A stretch of DNA of 60,746 nucleotides, counting the filler. It is 4 parts of 4 records of this genome, joined end to end, with 100 filler letters (N's around TTAATTAATTAA, not from the genome) between each part and the next. Parts side by side here need not be neighbours in the genome. Positions count along the whole stretch, not along the records: positions 30,617 to 44,828 come from DRR723986_6749; positions 44,929 to 60,746 come from DRR723986_6761; 2 more parts are not named here. One strand, 5' to 3'. The notes under the pieces were generated by a model, which was not told where the DNA came from, searched no databases, and worked only from the letters and a program-made list of their open reading frames with translations. A program made the translations under genes and the position numbers. The stretch's first letter is position 1. Every line of letters starts with the position of its first letter. Shown piece by piece: positions 39,671-48,243 of the stretch.

Positions 39671-40939
39671 TTAGAAGTTACTTCCTAAGCGTTCCTGAAC
39701 TTGCGCTATGCAATAGTCTCGGAAGCTCTCATCTGTGATATGCTCGATTACTTCTCCAGCTACTGCATAAAGCAATAGACCTCTTGCCTGCTCTTTGCCA
39801 ATTCCTCTTGCTTGTAGGTAAAATAATGCTTCTTCATCCAACTGACCGGTTGTACAGCCGTGAGAACATTTTACATCGTCAGCCCAGATTTCGAGTTGCG
39901 GTTTAGTATTCACCACAGCATCTTCTGATAAGAGGATATTGTTGTTCTGCTGAAAAGCATTGGTCTTCTGAGCATCTTGTCTTACAAAGATTTTTCCGTT
40001 GAAAACTCCTCGTGAACTGCCAGCCAGAATACCCTTATATAGCTCATTGGATTCACTGTGTGGTACAGTATGATCCACATTGGTATGATTATCCACGTGA
40101 GATTTGCCATCAAGCAAATATAAACCGTACATATTGCCTTCAGAATTTCTTCCAAGGATATTGATGCTGAGGTTGTTTCTCACCATTTCTCCAGAGAGTG
40201 AAATGTTCACTGAAGTGAATCTTCCGTCTTTCTGAATGTCTGTCTCTATATTGCTTACCTCGATCGCATTTTCACCTTCATTCTGCAATTTGTAGTAACG
40301 TATCTGAGTGTTTACTCCTCCTTTCACTTCCACAACTTTATTTACAAAGTAGGATGCATCACTAAGGTTCACACTGTGATTGATGAAAGTTACTTCTGCG
40401 AAATCCCCAGCTTCAATCCAAACTCTAGGTTGAATCACTTGACCAGCGTTAGCTTTAAAGAAATTCAAGAATAGGATAGGCTTCTGGATCTGAGCTTTTT
40501 TTGGAACGGAAATGAAAACCCCTCCGTCAAAAGAACTTTGGTTCAAAGCACAAAACGGATCTTTCTCTGGCTTAGCAATACTTCCAAGGGCTGTACTAGC
40601 TTTTTCTGAAAGAGGTGAGATCTCGACACCCTCTACCGTAGAAGAAAGTGCTTGCTGGAAATGCCCATTGGTAAATACCAAAACATCTCCTTCGAAACCT
40701 TCAAATACATTTGATTTCACTTGCTCAGCAGTTACTTCAAAAGCTCCTGCTAACTGAAAGTTTTGAATTCTCTGCTCTATCTTTTTAGTGATCGCGGTGA
40801 ATTTGTACTCTTCTGATTTATTGGTAGGGAATCCTTGGGCTTGGAAAGCTTCCTTTCCTGCTACACGAACTTGCTCAAAGCCAGTTCCTGCATTTGCCAA
40901 TAATTCCACAAGTATATCTTGCTTAATAAGCGTACTCAT
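39671..40939 (-). CDS. sufD: Fe-S cluster assembly protein SufD
   Basis: 'FNGKIFVRQDAQKT', 'KPQLEIWADDVKCSHG', 'LFYLQARGI'. Confidence 0.96.
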   Translation of the reverse strand: MSTLIKQDILVELLANAGTGFEQVRVAGKEAFQAQGFPTNKSEEYKFTAITKKIEQRIQNFQLAGAFEVTAEQVKSNVFEGFEGDVLVFTNGHFQQALSSTVEGVEISPLSEKASTALGSIAKPEKDPFCALNQSSFDGGVFISVPKKAQIQKPILFLNFFKANAGQVIQPRVWIEAGDFAEVTFINHSVNLSDASYFVNKVVEVKGGVNTQIRYYKLQNEGENAIEVSNIETDIQKDGRFTSVNISLSGEMVRNNLSINILGRNSEGNMYGLYLLDGKSHVDNHTNVDHTVPHSESNELYKGILAGSSRGVFNGKIFVRQDAQKTNAFQQNNNILLSEDAVVNTKPQLEIWADDVKCSHGCTTGQLDEEALFYLQARGIGKEQARGLLLYAVAGEVIEHITDESFRDYCIAQVQERLGSNF

Positions 40940-40961
40940 GAGTGATGTTTTAGGATGAAAA

Positions 40962-41726
40962 TCAAACGGTCGCCTTGGAATCTACTTCGTCTTTGATCCA
41001 GTCGTATCCTTTTTCTTCTAGCTCTAGTGCAAGCTCTTTAGTACCTGATTTTACAATTTGTCCTTTATATAAAACGTGAACAAAATCAGGGACGATGTAA
41101 TCCAACAAACGCTGGTAATGAGTTACCACTATAGTTGCGTTGTCTTTTGACTTCAATTGATTCACTCCGTTTGAAACGATACGAAGCGCATCGATGTCAA
41201 GTCCTGAATCAGTTTCATCCAAAATAGAAAGGGTAGGGGCAAGCATAGCCATTTGGAAGATCTCATTTCTCTTCTTTTCTCCACCAGAGAAACCTTCGTT
41301 CAGTGCTCTGCTTAGCAGCTTCTGATCCATTTCTACCAGTTTCATTTTCTCTTTCATCAGTGTCAAGAATTTCACCGCGTCAAGGGCTTCTTCACCACGG
41401 TATTCTCTCACTTGATTTACTGCAGTTCTTAGGAAGTTAGTCGAGCTAACTCCTGGAATCTCTACAGGGTACTGGAATGCTAGAAATACACCTTCTCTTG
41501 CTCTATCTTCTGGAGAAAGGTCAAGTAAATCTTTTCCTTTGAAAGAGACTTCTCCTTCAGTCACTTCATATTCTTCTCTACCTGCCAAAACTGAGGCAAG
41601 AGTAGATTTACCAGAACCATTTGGTCCCATGATCGCATGAACTTCTCCTGCTTTCACTTCTAGGTTGATACCTCTTAGGATTGGAGTCCCTTCGATAGAG
41701 GCGTGCAAATTCTTTATTGTTAACAT
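40962..41726 (-). CDS. sufC: Fe-S assembly ATPase SufC
   Basis: GPNGSGKST, 'AFQYPVEIPGV', 'GFSGGEKKRNEI', 'LDETDSGLDIDAL'; ATG at 41726. Confidence 0.97.
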   Translation of the reverse strand: MLTIKNLHASIEGTPILRGINLEVKAGEVHAIMGPNGSGKSTLASVLAGREEYEVTEGEVSFKGKDLLDLSPEDRAREGVFLAFQYPVEIPGVSSTNFLRTAVNQVREYRGEEALDAVKFLTLMKEKMKLVEMDQKLLSRALNEGFSGGEKKRNEIFQMAMLAPTLSILDETDSGLDIDALRIVSNGVNQLKSKDNATIVVTHYQRLLDYIVPDFVHVLYKGQIVKSGTKELALELEEKGYDWIKDEVDSKATV

Positions 41727-41758
41727 AATTTTAAATTTGACATTTGATATTTGAAATT
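41727..41758. repeat. Heptamer array, arm abutting the sufC start codon
   Basis: A-ATTTTAA-ATTTGAC-ATTTGAT-ATTTGAA-ATT on +; inverted copy at 42167-42198. Confidence 0.85.
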
Positions 41759-41773
41759 GGGGCAACCTTACTT

Positions 41774-42166
41774 TTAGCTTTTAAACTTGTTTCCCCTTAT
41801 CTCACTGTCCTTTAAATATTTTATAAAGCCGGAAATAGACTTGCTGATTTCGAGACTTTTTTCACTAGTTATACTAAGTGTTTCTTCTGTGATAAATTTT
41901 CTGTCAAAAGCTCTGTAAAGTTGAGACCTTGACTCTCCTGCTGTTGCTTTGGCAATACTCAAGAATTGGATAAATTCTCTATTTCCTTCTCGCTCAAAAC
42001 CTTCAGCTATATTGTCCATGATAGATCCAGAAGATGAATTAATTTGATTTTTCAGACTGAAATCATTGCTAAAACCATCTTGTTGAGTTAAGTCAAAGAT
42101 AATCTTGCAATATTCTCTCGCCTTTTTCCAGATGTCTAGATCTTCAAAGCGAGTGATGGTTGCCAT
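41774..42166 (-). CDS. Four-helix-bundle protein (23S rRNA IVP / TIGR02436 family)
   Basis: '[10 protein letters not shown]', '[39 protein letters not shown]'. Confidence 0.93.
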   Translation of the reverse strand: MATITRFEDLDIWKKAREYCKIIFDLTQQDGFSNDFSLKNQINSSSGSIMDNIAEGFEREGNREFIQFLSIAKATAGESRSQLYRAFDRKFITEETLSITSEKSLEISKSISGFIKYLKDSEIRGNKFKS

Positions 42167-42198
42167 AATTTCAAATCAGAAATTTCAAATCTCAAATT
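42167..42198. repeat. Heptamer array, arm abutting the four-helix-bundle start codon
   Basis: Minus strand reads A-ATTTGAG-ATTTGAA-ATTTCTG-ATTTGAA-ATT; 26/32 inverted match to 41727-41758. Confidence 0.85.
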
Positions 42199-42201
42199 CC
42201 G

Positions 42202-43647
42202 TTACCCAACAGATCCTTCTAGCGTCAATGCCAACAACTTCTGTGCTTCAACAGCAAATTCCATTGGCAATTGATTCAATACCTCTTTTGCATAACCGTT
42301 GACGATCAAAGCAACTGCATCTTCAGTAGCGATACCTCGTTGGTTGCAATAGAAAAGCTGGTCTTCACCGATCTTCGAAGTAGTCGCTTCATGCTCTACT
42401 TTCGCTGTTGGGTTATTGATGTCTATGTAAGGGAATGTGTGTGCTCCACAGCGATCACCCATCAGTAGAGAGTCACACTGAGAGAAGTTACGTGCATTTG
42501 CCGCACGTTTCATTACCTGCACTTGACCTCGATAAGAGTTCTGGGATTTACCTGCGGAAATACCTTTGGAAACGATCCTTGACTTAGTGTTTTTACCAAT
42601 ATGAATCATTTTCGTTCCCGTATCTGCCTGCTGATAATTATTAGTAACGGCTACAGAATAAAATTCACCGATCGAATTATCTCCTTTAAGGATACAAGAA
42701 GGATATTTCCAAGTCACTGCCGAACCAGTTTCTACTTGTGTCCAAGAGATTTTGGAGAAGTCACCCGCGCAGATACCTCGTTTAGTTACGAAATTGTAAA
42801 TCCCGCCTTTTCCTTCTTTATCACCTGGGAACCAGTTCTGAACAGTTGAATATTTAACTTCAGCATGAGCTCCAGCGTAGATTTCTACTACTGCCGCATG
42901 CAATTGATTCTCATCACGCTGCGGTGCTGTACAACCTTCCAAATAGGATACGTAAGATTCATCTTCAGCCACAATCAGTGTTCTTTCAAACTGACCGGTA
43001 TTTGCAGCATTGATTCTGAAATAGGTAGAAAGCTCCATTGGGCAACGAACGCCTTTTGGAATAAAACAGAAGGAACCGTCAGAGAATACAGCAGAATTTA
43101 GCGCTGCATAATAATTGTCAGTCATTGGTACGACCGAACCTAAATATTTCTTAACCAATTCAGGATGCTCTTTTACAGCTTCGCTGAAAGAGCAGAATAC
43201 GATTCCAAGTTTAGAAAGAGTTCCTTTGAATGTAGTAGCTACAGAAACTGAATCAAGAACTGCATCCACAGCTATCCCTTGGAGTTTCTTCTGCTCATTC
43301 AAATTAATACCTAAGCGCTTATAAATATCCAGCAATTCAGGATCTACTTCATCCAAACTCTTTGGTTTGTTAGTCTGTTTTGGGGCAGAATAATATTTGA
43401 GAGCTTGTAAGTCAATTTTAGGGTAGTGCACATTAGCCCACTTCGGCTCAGCCATGCCCTCCCAAGTTTTGAACGCTTTCAATCTCCAATCAAGAAGCCA
43501 TTGAGGCTCTTCTTTCTTGGCAGAAATCCATCGGATAGTTTCTTCAGTTAACCCTACAGGAGCCTCATCGGCTTCATAGTTCACTGACCATCCGTGTTCG
43601 TATTCTTTTGATGTTAGTTCTTCTAAAATTTGATTGTCTTTGCTCAT
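42202..43647 (-). CDS. sufB: Fe-S cluster assembly protein SufB
   Basis: '[13 protein letters not shown]', '[18 protein letters not shown]', 'YLEGCTAP', 'QQADTGTKM', 'EHEATTSKI'. Confidence 0.98.
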   Translation of the reverse strand: MSKDNQILEELTSKEYEHGWSVNYEADEAPVGLTEETIRWISAKKEEPQWLLDWRLKAFKTWEGMAEPKWANVHYPKIDLQALKYYSAPKQTNKPKSLDEVDPELLDIYKRLGINLNEQKKLQGIAVDAVLDSVSVATTFKGTLSKLGIVFCSFSEAVKEHPELVKKYLGSVVPMTDNYYAALNSAVFSDGSFCFIPKGVRCPMELSTYFRINAANTGQFERTLIVAEDESYVSYLEGCTAPQRDENQLHAAVVEIYAGAHAEVKYSTVQNWFPGDKEGKGGIYNFVTKRGICAGDFSKISWTQVETGSAVTWKYPSCILKGDNSIGEFYSVAVTNNYQQADTGTKMIHIGKNTKSRIVSKGISAGKSQNSYRGQVQVMKRAANARNFSQCDSLLMGDRCGAHTFPYIDINNPTAKVEHEATTSKIGEDQLFYCNQRGIATEDAVALIVNGYAKEVLNQLPMEFAVEAQKLLALTLEGSVG

Positions 43648-43658
43648 TTTTGCTGAGT

Positions 43659-43692
43659 TATTTAGACTAATTACATTTTAACGGCGAAGGTA
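43659..43692 (-). promoter_or_regulatory. suf promoter element and possible iron-responsive operator half-site
   Basis: TACCTTCG (-, 43685-43692), a variant of TAnnTTTG; TATTTAGA motif at 43659 also found in the palindrome at 43857-43877. Confidence 0.4.
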
Positions 43693-43802
43693 CAACATAT
43701 AATGAAAATAATATGTTTTTACTCATTGGATAATTCTATCGAGCATATAAGTGTTCGATAGAAAATGCCCTTATCGTCCAATCTATACCGTCTTTACAAA
43801 AA

Positions 43803-43828
43803 AAAAGTATTGAAGGTTCAATACTTTT
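43803..43828 (-). terminator. Terminator after the Lrp gene
   Basis: AAAAGTATTGAA-GG-TTCAATACTTTT with a flanking A run (T run on -). Confidence 0.75.
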
Positions 43829-43880
43829 CGTTTTAAATGAATTTGTATAAATCTTTTATTTAGATTTAATCTTAATTGGC

Positions 43881-44354
43881 TTATTTCTCTTTATCAAAAA
43901 ACTGTATAGGTCTGTTTATTGATTCTTCCAATACGATCAATGTTTCTGTTCTATCAATTCCTTCCACTTTTTGAATATTGTCAAGCACAAATCGCAGATG
44001 ATTGGTGTCTCTACATATAATTTTTGCAAAAATCGAATAGTTTCCTGTCGTATAATAAGCACTTACTACTTCGGAAATTGTCTTGAGTTTTTCAATAACA
44101 GTATCATATAAGGAGCTTTTTTCAAGGTAGATGCCTAAAAATGCGGAAATGTCATATCCTAGTTTTGAGAAATCAATATTTAAAGTTGCACTTTTTACGA
44201 TACCCATATCCTCTAGTTTTTTCATGCGCACATGAACAGTTCCTGAGGATACAAAGACTTTTTTAGCGATTTCCGTGTATGGAGTCTTCGCATCTTCATT
44301 CAAAAGAGAAATGATCTTTAAGTCTATGTTATCGATATCTAAAATTTTGTCCAT
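43881..44354 (-). CDS. Lrp/AsnC-family transcriptional regulator
   Basis: 'IDLKIISLL..DAKTPYTEIAK...VSSGTVHVRMKKL', RAM domain 'YYTTGNYSIF', 'RTETLI.LE'. Confidence 0.95.
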   Translation of the reverse strand: MDKILDIDNIDLKIISLLNEDAKTPYTEIAKKVFVSSGTVHVRMKKLEDMGIVKSATLNIDFSKLGYDISAFLGIYLEKSSLYDTVIEKLKTISEVVSAYYTTGNYSIFAKIICRDTNHLRFVLDNIQKVEGIDRTETLIVLEESINRPIQFFDKEK

Positions 44355-44615
44355 TTTTATCGAGTGATTTTGGATGATTGTTAATGAATCTGCCTGTAAA
44401 TTAGAGATTGTTCAAAATATAGCAAAATTTTTTTTTCAATTTGTAATTAAAAGTAAAATCTACTTACTTTGGACCTGATATAAATGTTCAATCGAATATT
44501 TTGTTCATAGAGTAAAAAGTCGAATTAAAATTTGAGATCATTTGCATTTCCAAATTTTAGTTTAATTTCTTCTGAAACTTTTAATCTCTAAAGTTATATT
44601 TGGGTTTATATTCTG

Positions 44616-44651
44616 AAAAGGGTCTTGCTTTTGGCAAGACTTTTTTGTTTT
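44616..44651 (+). terminator. Orphan Rho-independent terminator
   Basis: GTCTTGC-TTTTG-GCAAGAC followed by TTTTTTGTTTT; no CDS upstream on +. Confidence 0.7.
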
Positions 44652-44828
44652 CTGTTTAAAATTTATAATACATAAAATTGTATTTGAAAAATTAAAAGCT
44701 GTATTTTTGTGTTATGTGTATCCGCTTTTCAACCAAAAGGTGGCAAAAGCAAGGTAACTTAAGAATTGAGGCCACATTGGTCATCGCTCTTCCAATTTGA
44801 TAAGCAAAGAATCTAAGGTGACTGGCAA

Positions 44829-44928
44829 NNNNNNNNNNNNNNNNNNNNNNNNNNNNNNNNNNNNNNNNNNNNTTAATTAATTAANNNNNNNNNNNNNNNN
44901 NNNNNNNNNNNNNNNNNNNNNNNNNNNN
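44829..44928. other. Artificial contig linker
   Basis: N44-TTAATTAATTAA-N44; switch back to GC-rich sequence. Confidence 0.99.
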
Positions 44929-45321
44929 CCCTTCGACCCCGCCGAGGTCGTGGCCCGCGTGCGCGCCCGCCTGCGCGATGTGCGCAGCCGTCCGGCACAG
45001 TCGGACACCGCCCGTTTCGAAGGCTGGACTGCATATTTCGACCGCTATGTGCTGATCGACGAAGCAGGGGAGGAAGTCAGCTTTTCCCATGCCGAGGGCG
45101 AAGTTCTGCGCCTGTTTCTGGACAGCCCCAAACGCCTGATCAACCGCCAGCAAATGCAGGAGGCGCTTGGCGGCGCGGCGGGCGAGAGCTTTGACCGTGC
45201 CATGGATGTGCGCATCTCGCGCTTGCGTACCAAGCTGAAGGAAGACCCGAAAAACCCGCGCCTGATCAAGACGATCTACGGCGCAGGCTATATTTTTCTT
45301 GGCGATGTGAAGTGGGACTGA
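44929..45321 (+). CDS. OmpR-family response regulator, C-terminal part; 5' truncated
   Basis: 'PFDPAEVVARVRARLR', 'FDRAMDVRISRLRTKL.EDP..PRLIKTIYGAGY'. Confidence 0.92.
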   Translation, partial: PFDPAEVVARVRARLRDVRSRPAQSDTARFEGWTAYFDRYVLIDEAGEEVSFSHAEGEVLRLFLDSPKRLINRQQMQEALGGAAGESFDRAMDVRISRLRTKLKEDPKNPRLIKTIYGAGYIFLGDVKWD

Positions 45322-45331
45322 CCACCGCACG

Positions 45332-46039
45332 CTAGCGCGTCTGCAATGACTCGATTGCGCGCGTCAGCCCTTCGATGACCTGTGTTTGCCTCTCCACCAC
45401 AGCTCTCAGCTGTGCAACCTCTGCTGCCAGCGCCGCCATGTCCGGTGCGCTAGCGCTGTCAGGCACCTCGTAGCTGATGGACACGGTTGGATCATCGAAC
45501 CGATTGATATTGGCGTCTTCCCGAAAGTCGAGCCACACGATCAGTTCGCCGTCCTGAAGGAACGGGACAATCGCGGCGCGCGGCAGATCAAATCTGAGAT
45601 CAAGGGCAGATGCAGATCCGGTAGAGCGGGTGATGTTCTGCTGCACGCTGGCCGCCAGCCCCGGATTGACCTGTGCTTCATCCGCCTCGGACCCATCGAA
45701 CAGCCGCCCGAAATTCACTCCTTCGATCAAGAGCCGAAACCGCTCTTCAGGATTGTTCGCGCCGGGATCGGCAAAGAGATCCGCATAAGGCGAGGTCAGC
45801 CGGAACGACACATCGCTTTGTGCATCTGGATTCAGGCCCGACAGGACAAATTCATAGATCCCGCGCTGGCCAGTGTTTCCAGCGATGGTCGCACAGTCGT
45901 CATAGTCACCCGATCCATCCACGTCGGTGGCACAAAGATCGCCGGAGAACGTCACCGATTGCGAGAATGTGTCGGCCGATGCGGCGGCTGTCAGGCCAAA
46001 AGCGCTGACAAGCACCGCGAAAAGGGGAAATGGCTTCAT
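45332..46039 (-). CDS. Secreted hypothetical protein with C-terminal coiled coil
   Basis: AGGAGG SD, ATG 46039, signal peptide '..AAASA-D', acidic beta-rich body, heptad-repeat tail. Confidence 0.75.
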   Translation of the reverse strand: MKPFPLFAVLVSAFGLTAAASADTFSQSVTFSGDLCATDVDGSGDYDDCATIAGNTGQRGIYEFVLSGLNPDAQSDVSFRLTSPYADLFADPGANNPEERFRLLIEGVNFGRLFDGSEADEAQVNPGLAASVQQNITRSTGSASALDLRFDLPRAAIVPFLQDGELIVWLDFREDANINRFDDPTVSISYEVPDSASAPDMAALAAEVAQLRAVVERQTQVIEGLTRAIESLQTR

Positions 46040-46086
46040 TTTGCCTCCTGTTTGGTTGGGTGAAGGCATTGCACTGGCGTGATCGT

Positions 46087-47301
46087 TCAGGCCGGGGCCA
46101 GATCCGCAGCCGCACGGGCCAGAACCTTGAGGCCAGTGACCAGATCTGCCTCGCCCGTGTCCTCGGCAAAATCGTGGCTGATGCCGCCGATCGAGGGCAC
46201 GAACAGCATCCCCACGGGCATCATCCGCGACAGGTTCGAGGCATCGTGCAACGCGCCAGACGGCATCGACCGCCACTTTCCCGGCGCGATCTGACCGGCG
46301 GCCTTCGCCAAAGCCTTTTGCATCCGTGCATCCATCGGAACCGGCAGCAGATCGTGGCGCAAGCGGTCGGCGCTGATGTTCAGGCCGGTGCCATTCTCAA
46401 CCTCCAGCAGGACAGACTCGATCACCCGTTCCATGCGGTCCAGTCGGTCGGCATCGCCGTCGCGCCACTGAATGGTGAACACCGCCTTACCGGGCACAAT
46501 CGAGGATGCATTGGGCAAAAGGCGCATATGTCCGATGGTCCAGACGGTTTGCGGTGTCACAAGATTGCGGAAGCGGTCATTCAGAAGCGTCGCAATCCGC
46601 ACCGCGCCCTGAAACGCATCCTTGCGCATTGCCATTGGCGTGGTGCCCGCGTGATTCTGTTCGCCGCTGACCGTCACCTGCACCTGTCTGAGCCCCACAA
46701 TCGAGGTCACAACCCCGACCGCTTCACCAACCTGATCCAGCACCGGTCCCTGCTCGATGTGGCATTCGAGGAAACCCGTAAACCGGTCCGGGTCGACGAA
46801 TTCCTGGTTTGCCATATGGGCCACGGTCGCGCGCCCCTCTGCAAATCTTTGCCCGTCGGTGGCCCGGAACTCATCCGCCTCGGCCAGCGTGGTACTGCCC
46901 GACCAGATGTCGCTGCCGGTCAGGGCGCCATAGCGGCCTTCCTCGTCCTGAAAGCTGACACAGGAGATCGCGGGGCCGCCAGCCTCGCGCGCCGCGCGGG
47001 CAACCTCCAGCCCCATGATCACGCCAAGCGCCCCATCCAGCCAGCCGCCCTCTGGCTGGGAATCGGAATGCGAGCCGATCAGCAGGGACCGGCCCTCGAC
47101 CAACCCGAAAAGGTTTCCCGCCGGGTCCATATGCGGGGTCAGCCCGGCCTCTTCCATACGAGCGGCCAGCCACTCGCGCGAGGCCACATCCGCCGGTGAA
47201 AAGGCAGGCCGCACCACACCCGATCCTTCGGCCCCGAAACTCCGAAGGTGGTGCAAGTCGGCCAGAAAGCGCGCGGAATCGATCATAAAAGACTGTGCCA
47301 T
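46087..47301 (-). CDS. Zn-dependent amidohydrolase (M20, hydantoinase/N-carbamoylase family)
   Basis: '[19 protein letters not shown]', 'DEEG', 'ECHIEQGP', 'NHAGTTPM', 'SGALHDA', 'GGISH'. Confidence 0.92.
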   Translation of the reverse strand: MAQSFMIDSARFLADLHHLRSFGAEGSGVVRPAFSPADVASREWLAARMEEAGLTPHMDPAGNLFGLVEGRSLLIGSHSDSQPEGGWLDGALGVIMGLEVARAAREAGGPAISCVSFQDEEGRYGALTGSDIWSGSTTLAEADEFRATDGQRFAEGRATVAHMANQEFVDPDRFTGFLECHIEQGPVLDQVGEAVGVVTSIVGLRQVQVTVSGEQNHAGTTPMAMRKDAFQGAVRIATLLNDRFRNLVTPQTVWTIGHMRLLPNASSIVPGKAVFTIQWRDGDADRLDRMERVIESVLLEVENGTGLNISADRLRHDLLPVPMDARMQKALAKAAGQIAPGKWRSMPSGALHDASNLSRMMPVGMLFVPSIGGISHDFAEDTGEADLVTGLKVLARAAADLAPA

Positions 47302-47338
47302 ATCCCATTCCTAGCCCCTTTTGTGCTATCGTCTAGTC

Positions 47339-47500
47339 ATGGACCCTGTAACTCTGACCTTTTACGCCGTGGTGTGTGGCCTTTTGGGCCTTGCCGGACC
47401 GACCCTCGGTCGCCCGATGATCCGGCTTGGCATCGGGGCCGCCATCGGCCTGATTGCCGCCGCCGCCCTGCCCACGATCCGGACCAGTCTCGGGCTCTGA
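47339..47500 (+). CDS. Small two-TM membrane protein (53 aa), absent from the ORF track
   Basis: MDPVTLTFYAVVCGLLGLAGPTLGRPMIRLGIGAAIGLIAAAALPTIRTSLGL; fills the gap between flanking genes; TGCTATCGT 6 nt before the ATG. Confidence 0.7.
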   Translation: MDPVTLTFYAVVCGLLGLAGPTLGRPMIRLGIGAAIGLIAAAALPTIRTSLGL

Positions 47501-47569
47501 GACGCTTCGCCCCTTTCCTCCCGCGCTCTGACGTCCTAAGCGGGGGGCAGACGGCGCGAGGAAATTCAC

Positions 47570-48229
47570 ATGTCCTACATCACCCTCGTGCGCCACGGTC
47601 AGGCCAATACCGAAGCGCGCGACGAAGACAGCTATGACCGGCTGAGCGAGCTTGGCATCCAACAGGCCCGATGGCTTGGGGAGCATCTGGCCCGCACGGG
47701 AGAGCATTTCCCGCGACTGTTTTCGGGTACGCTGCGACGGCACCGCGAAACCGCTGCCTCCATCGGACTGGCTGGTCACACCGAGCCACAGATCGACGAC
47801 CGCTTCAACGAGATGGAGTTCTTCACGCTGGCAACGCTGTATCGCGACCAGCATGGCGTGCCGATCCCGGAGGACCGGGAGGATTTTACCGATCACCTGC
47901 CGCGTCTCTTCGCAGCTTGGCAAGCGGGTGAGATCGACGGCCCGCCCGAAAGTTTCGAGGCATTCGAGACCCGCGTTCGGGACGGTCTGGAAGCTGTTGG
48001 GCAAGGCGAAGGTCGTGCGTTGGTCGTGACCTCTGGCGGGGTCATCGGCATGGCCATGCGCATCACGCTCGGGCTTGACCTGCTTGGCTATGCGCGCGCC
48101 TGTCTGGCGGTGGAAAACACCTCTCTCAGCCGCTGGTTGCCGCTGCGTGGATCGCTGGCGCTGACCCAGTTCAACGCGCTGCCGCATCTGGAACATCCCG
48201 AACGGCAGTTTGCCCGCACCCACCTTTGA
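47570..48229 (+). CDS. Histidine phosphatase family protein
   Basis: 'LVRHGQA', 'SGTLRRH.ETA', 'VTSGG' at the second His position. Confidence 0.92.
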   Translation: MSYITLVRHGQANTEARDEDSYDRLSELGIQQARWLGEHLARTGEHFPRLFSGTLRRHRETAASIGLAGHTEPQIDDRFNEMEFFTLATLYRDQHGVPIPEDREDFTDHLPRLFAAWQAGEIDGPPESFEAFETRVRDGLEAVGQGEGRALVVTSGGVIGMAMRITLGLDLLGYARACLAVENTSLSRWLPLRGSLALTQFNALPHLEHPERQFARTHL

Positions 48230-48243
48230 TCGGAGGAACCGCC

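Noticed and set aside
41727-41765. N-terminal extension of SufC (MPQFQISNVKFKI)
   Set aside because: It is the heptamer array read in frame; the conserved SufC start is ATG 41726
41774-42166. Four-helix-bundle gene as the Avd of a diversity-generating retroelement, or as an rRNA IVS
   Set aside because: No reverse transcriptase, no TR/VR pair and no rRNA on this contig
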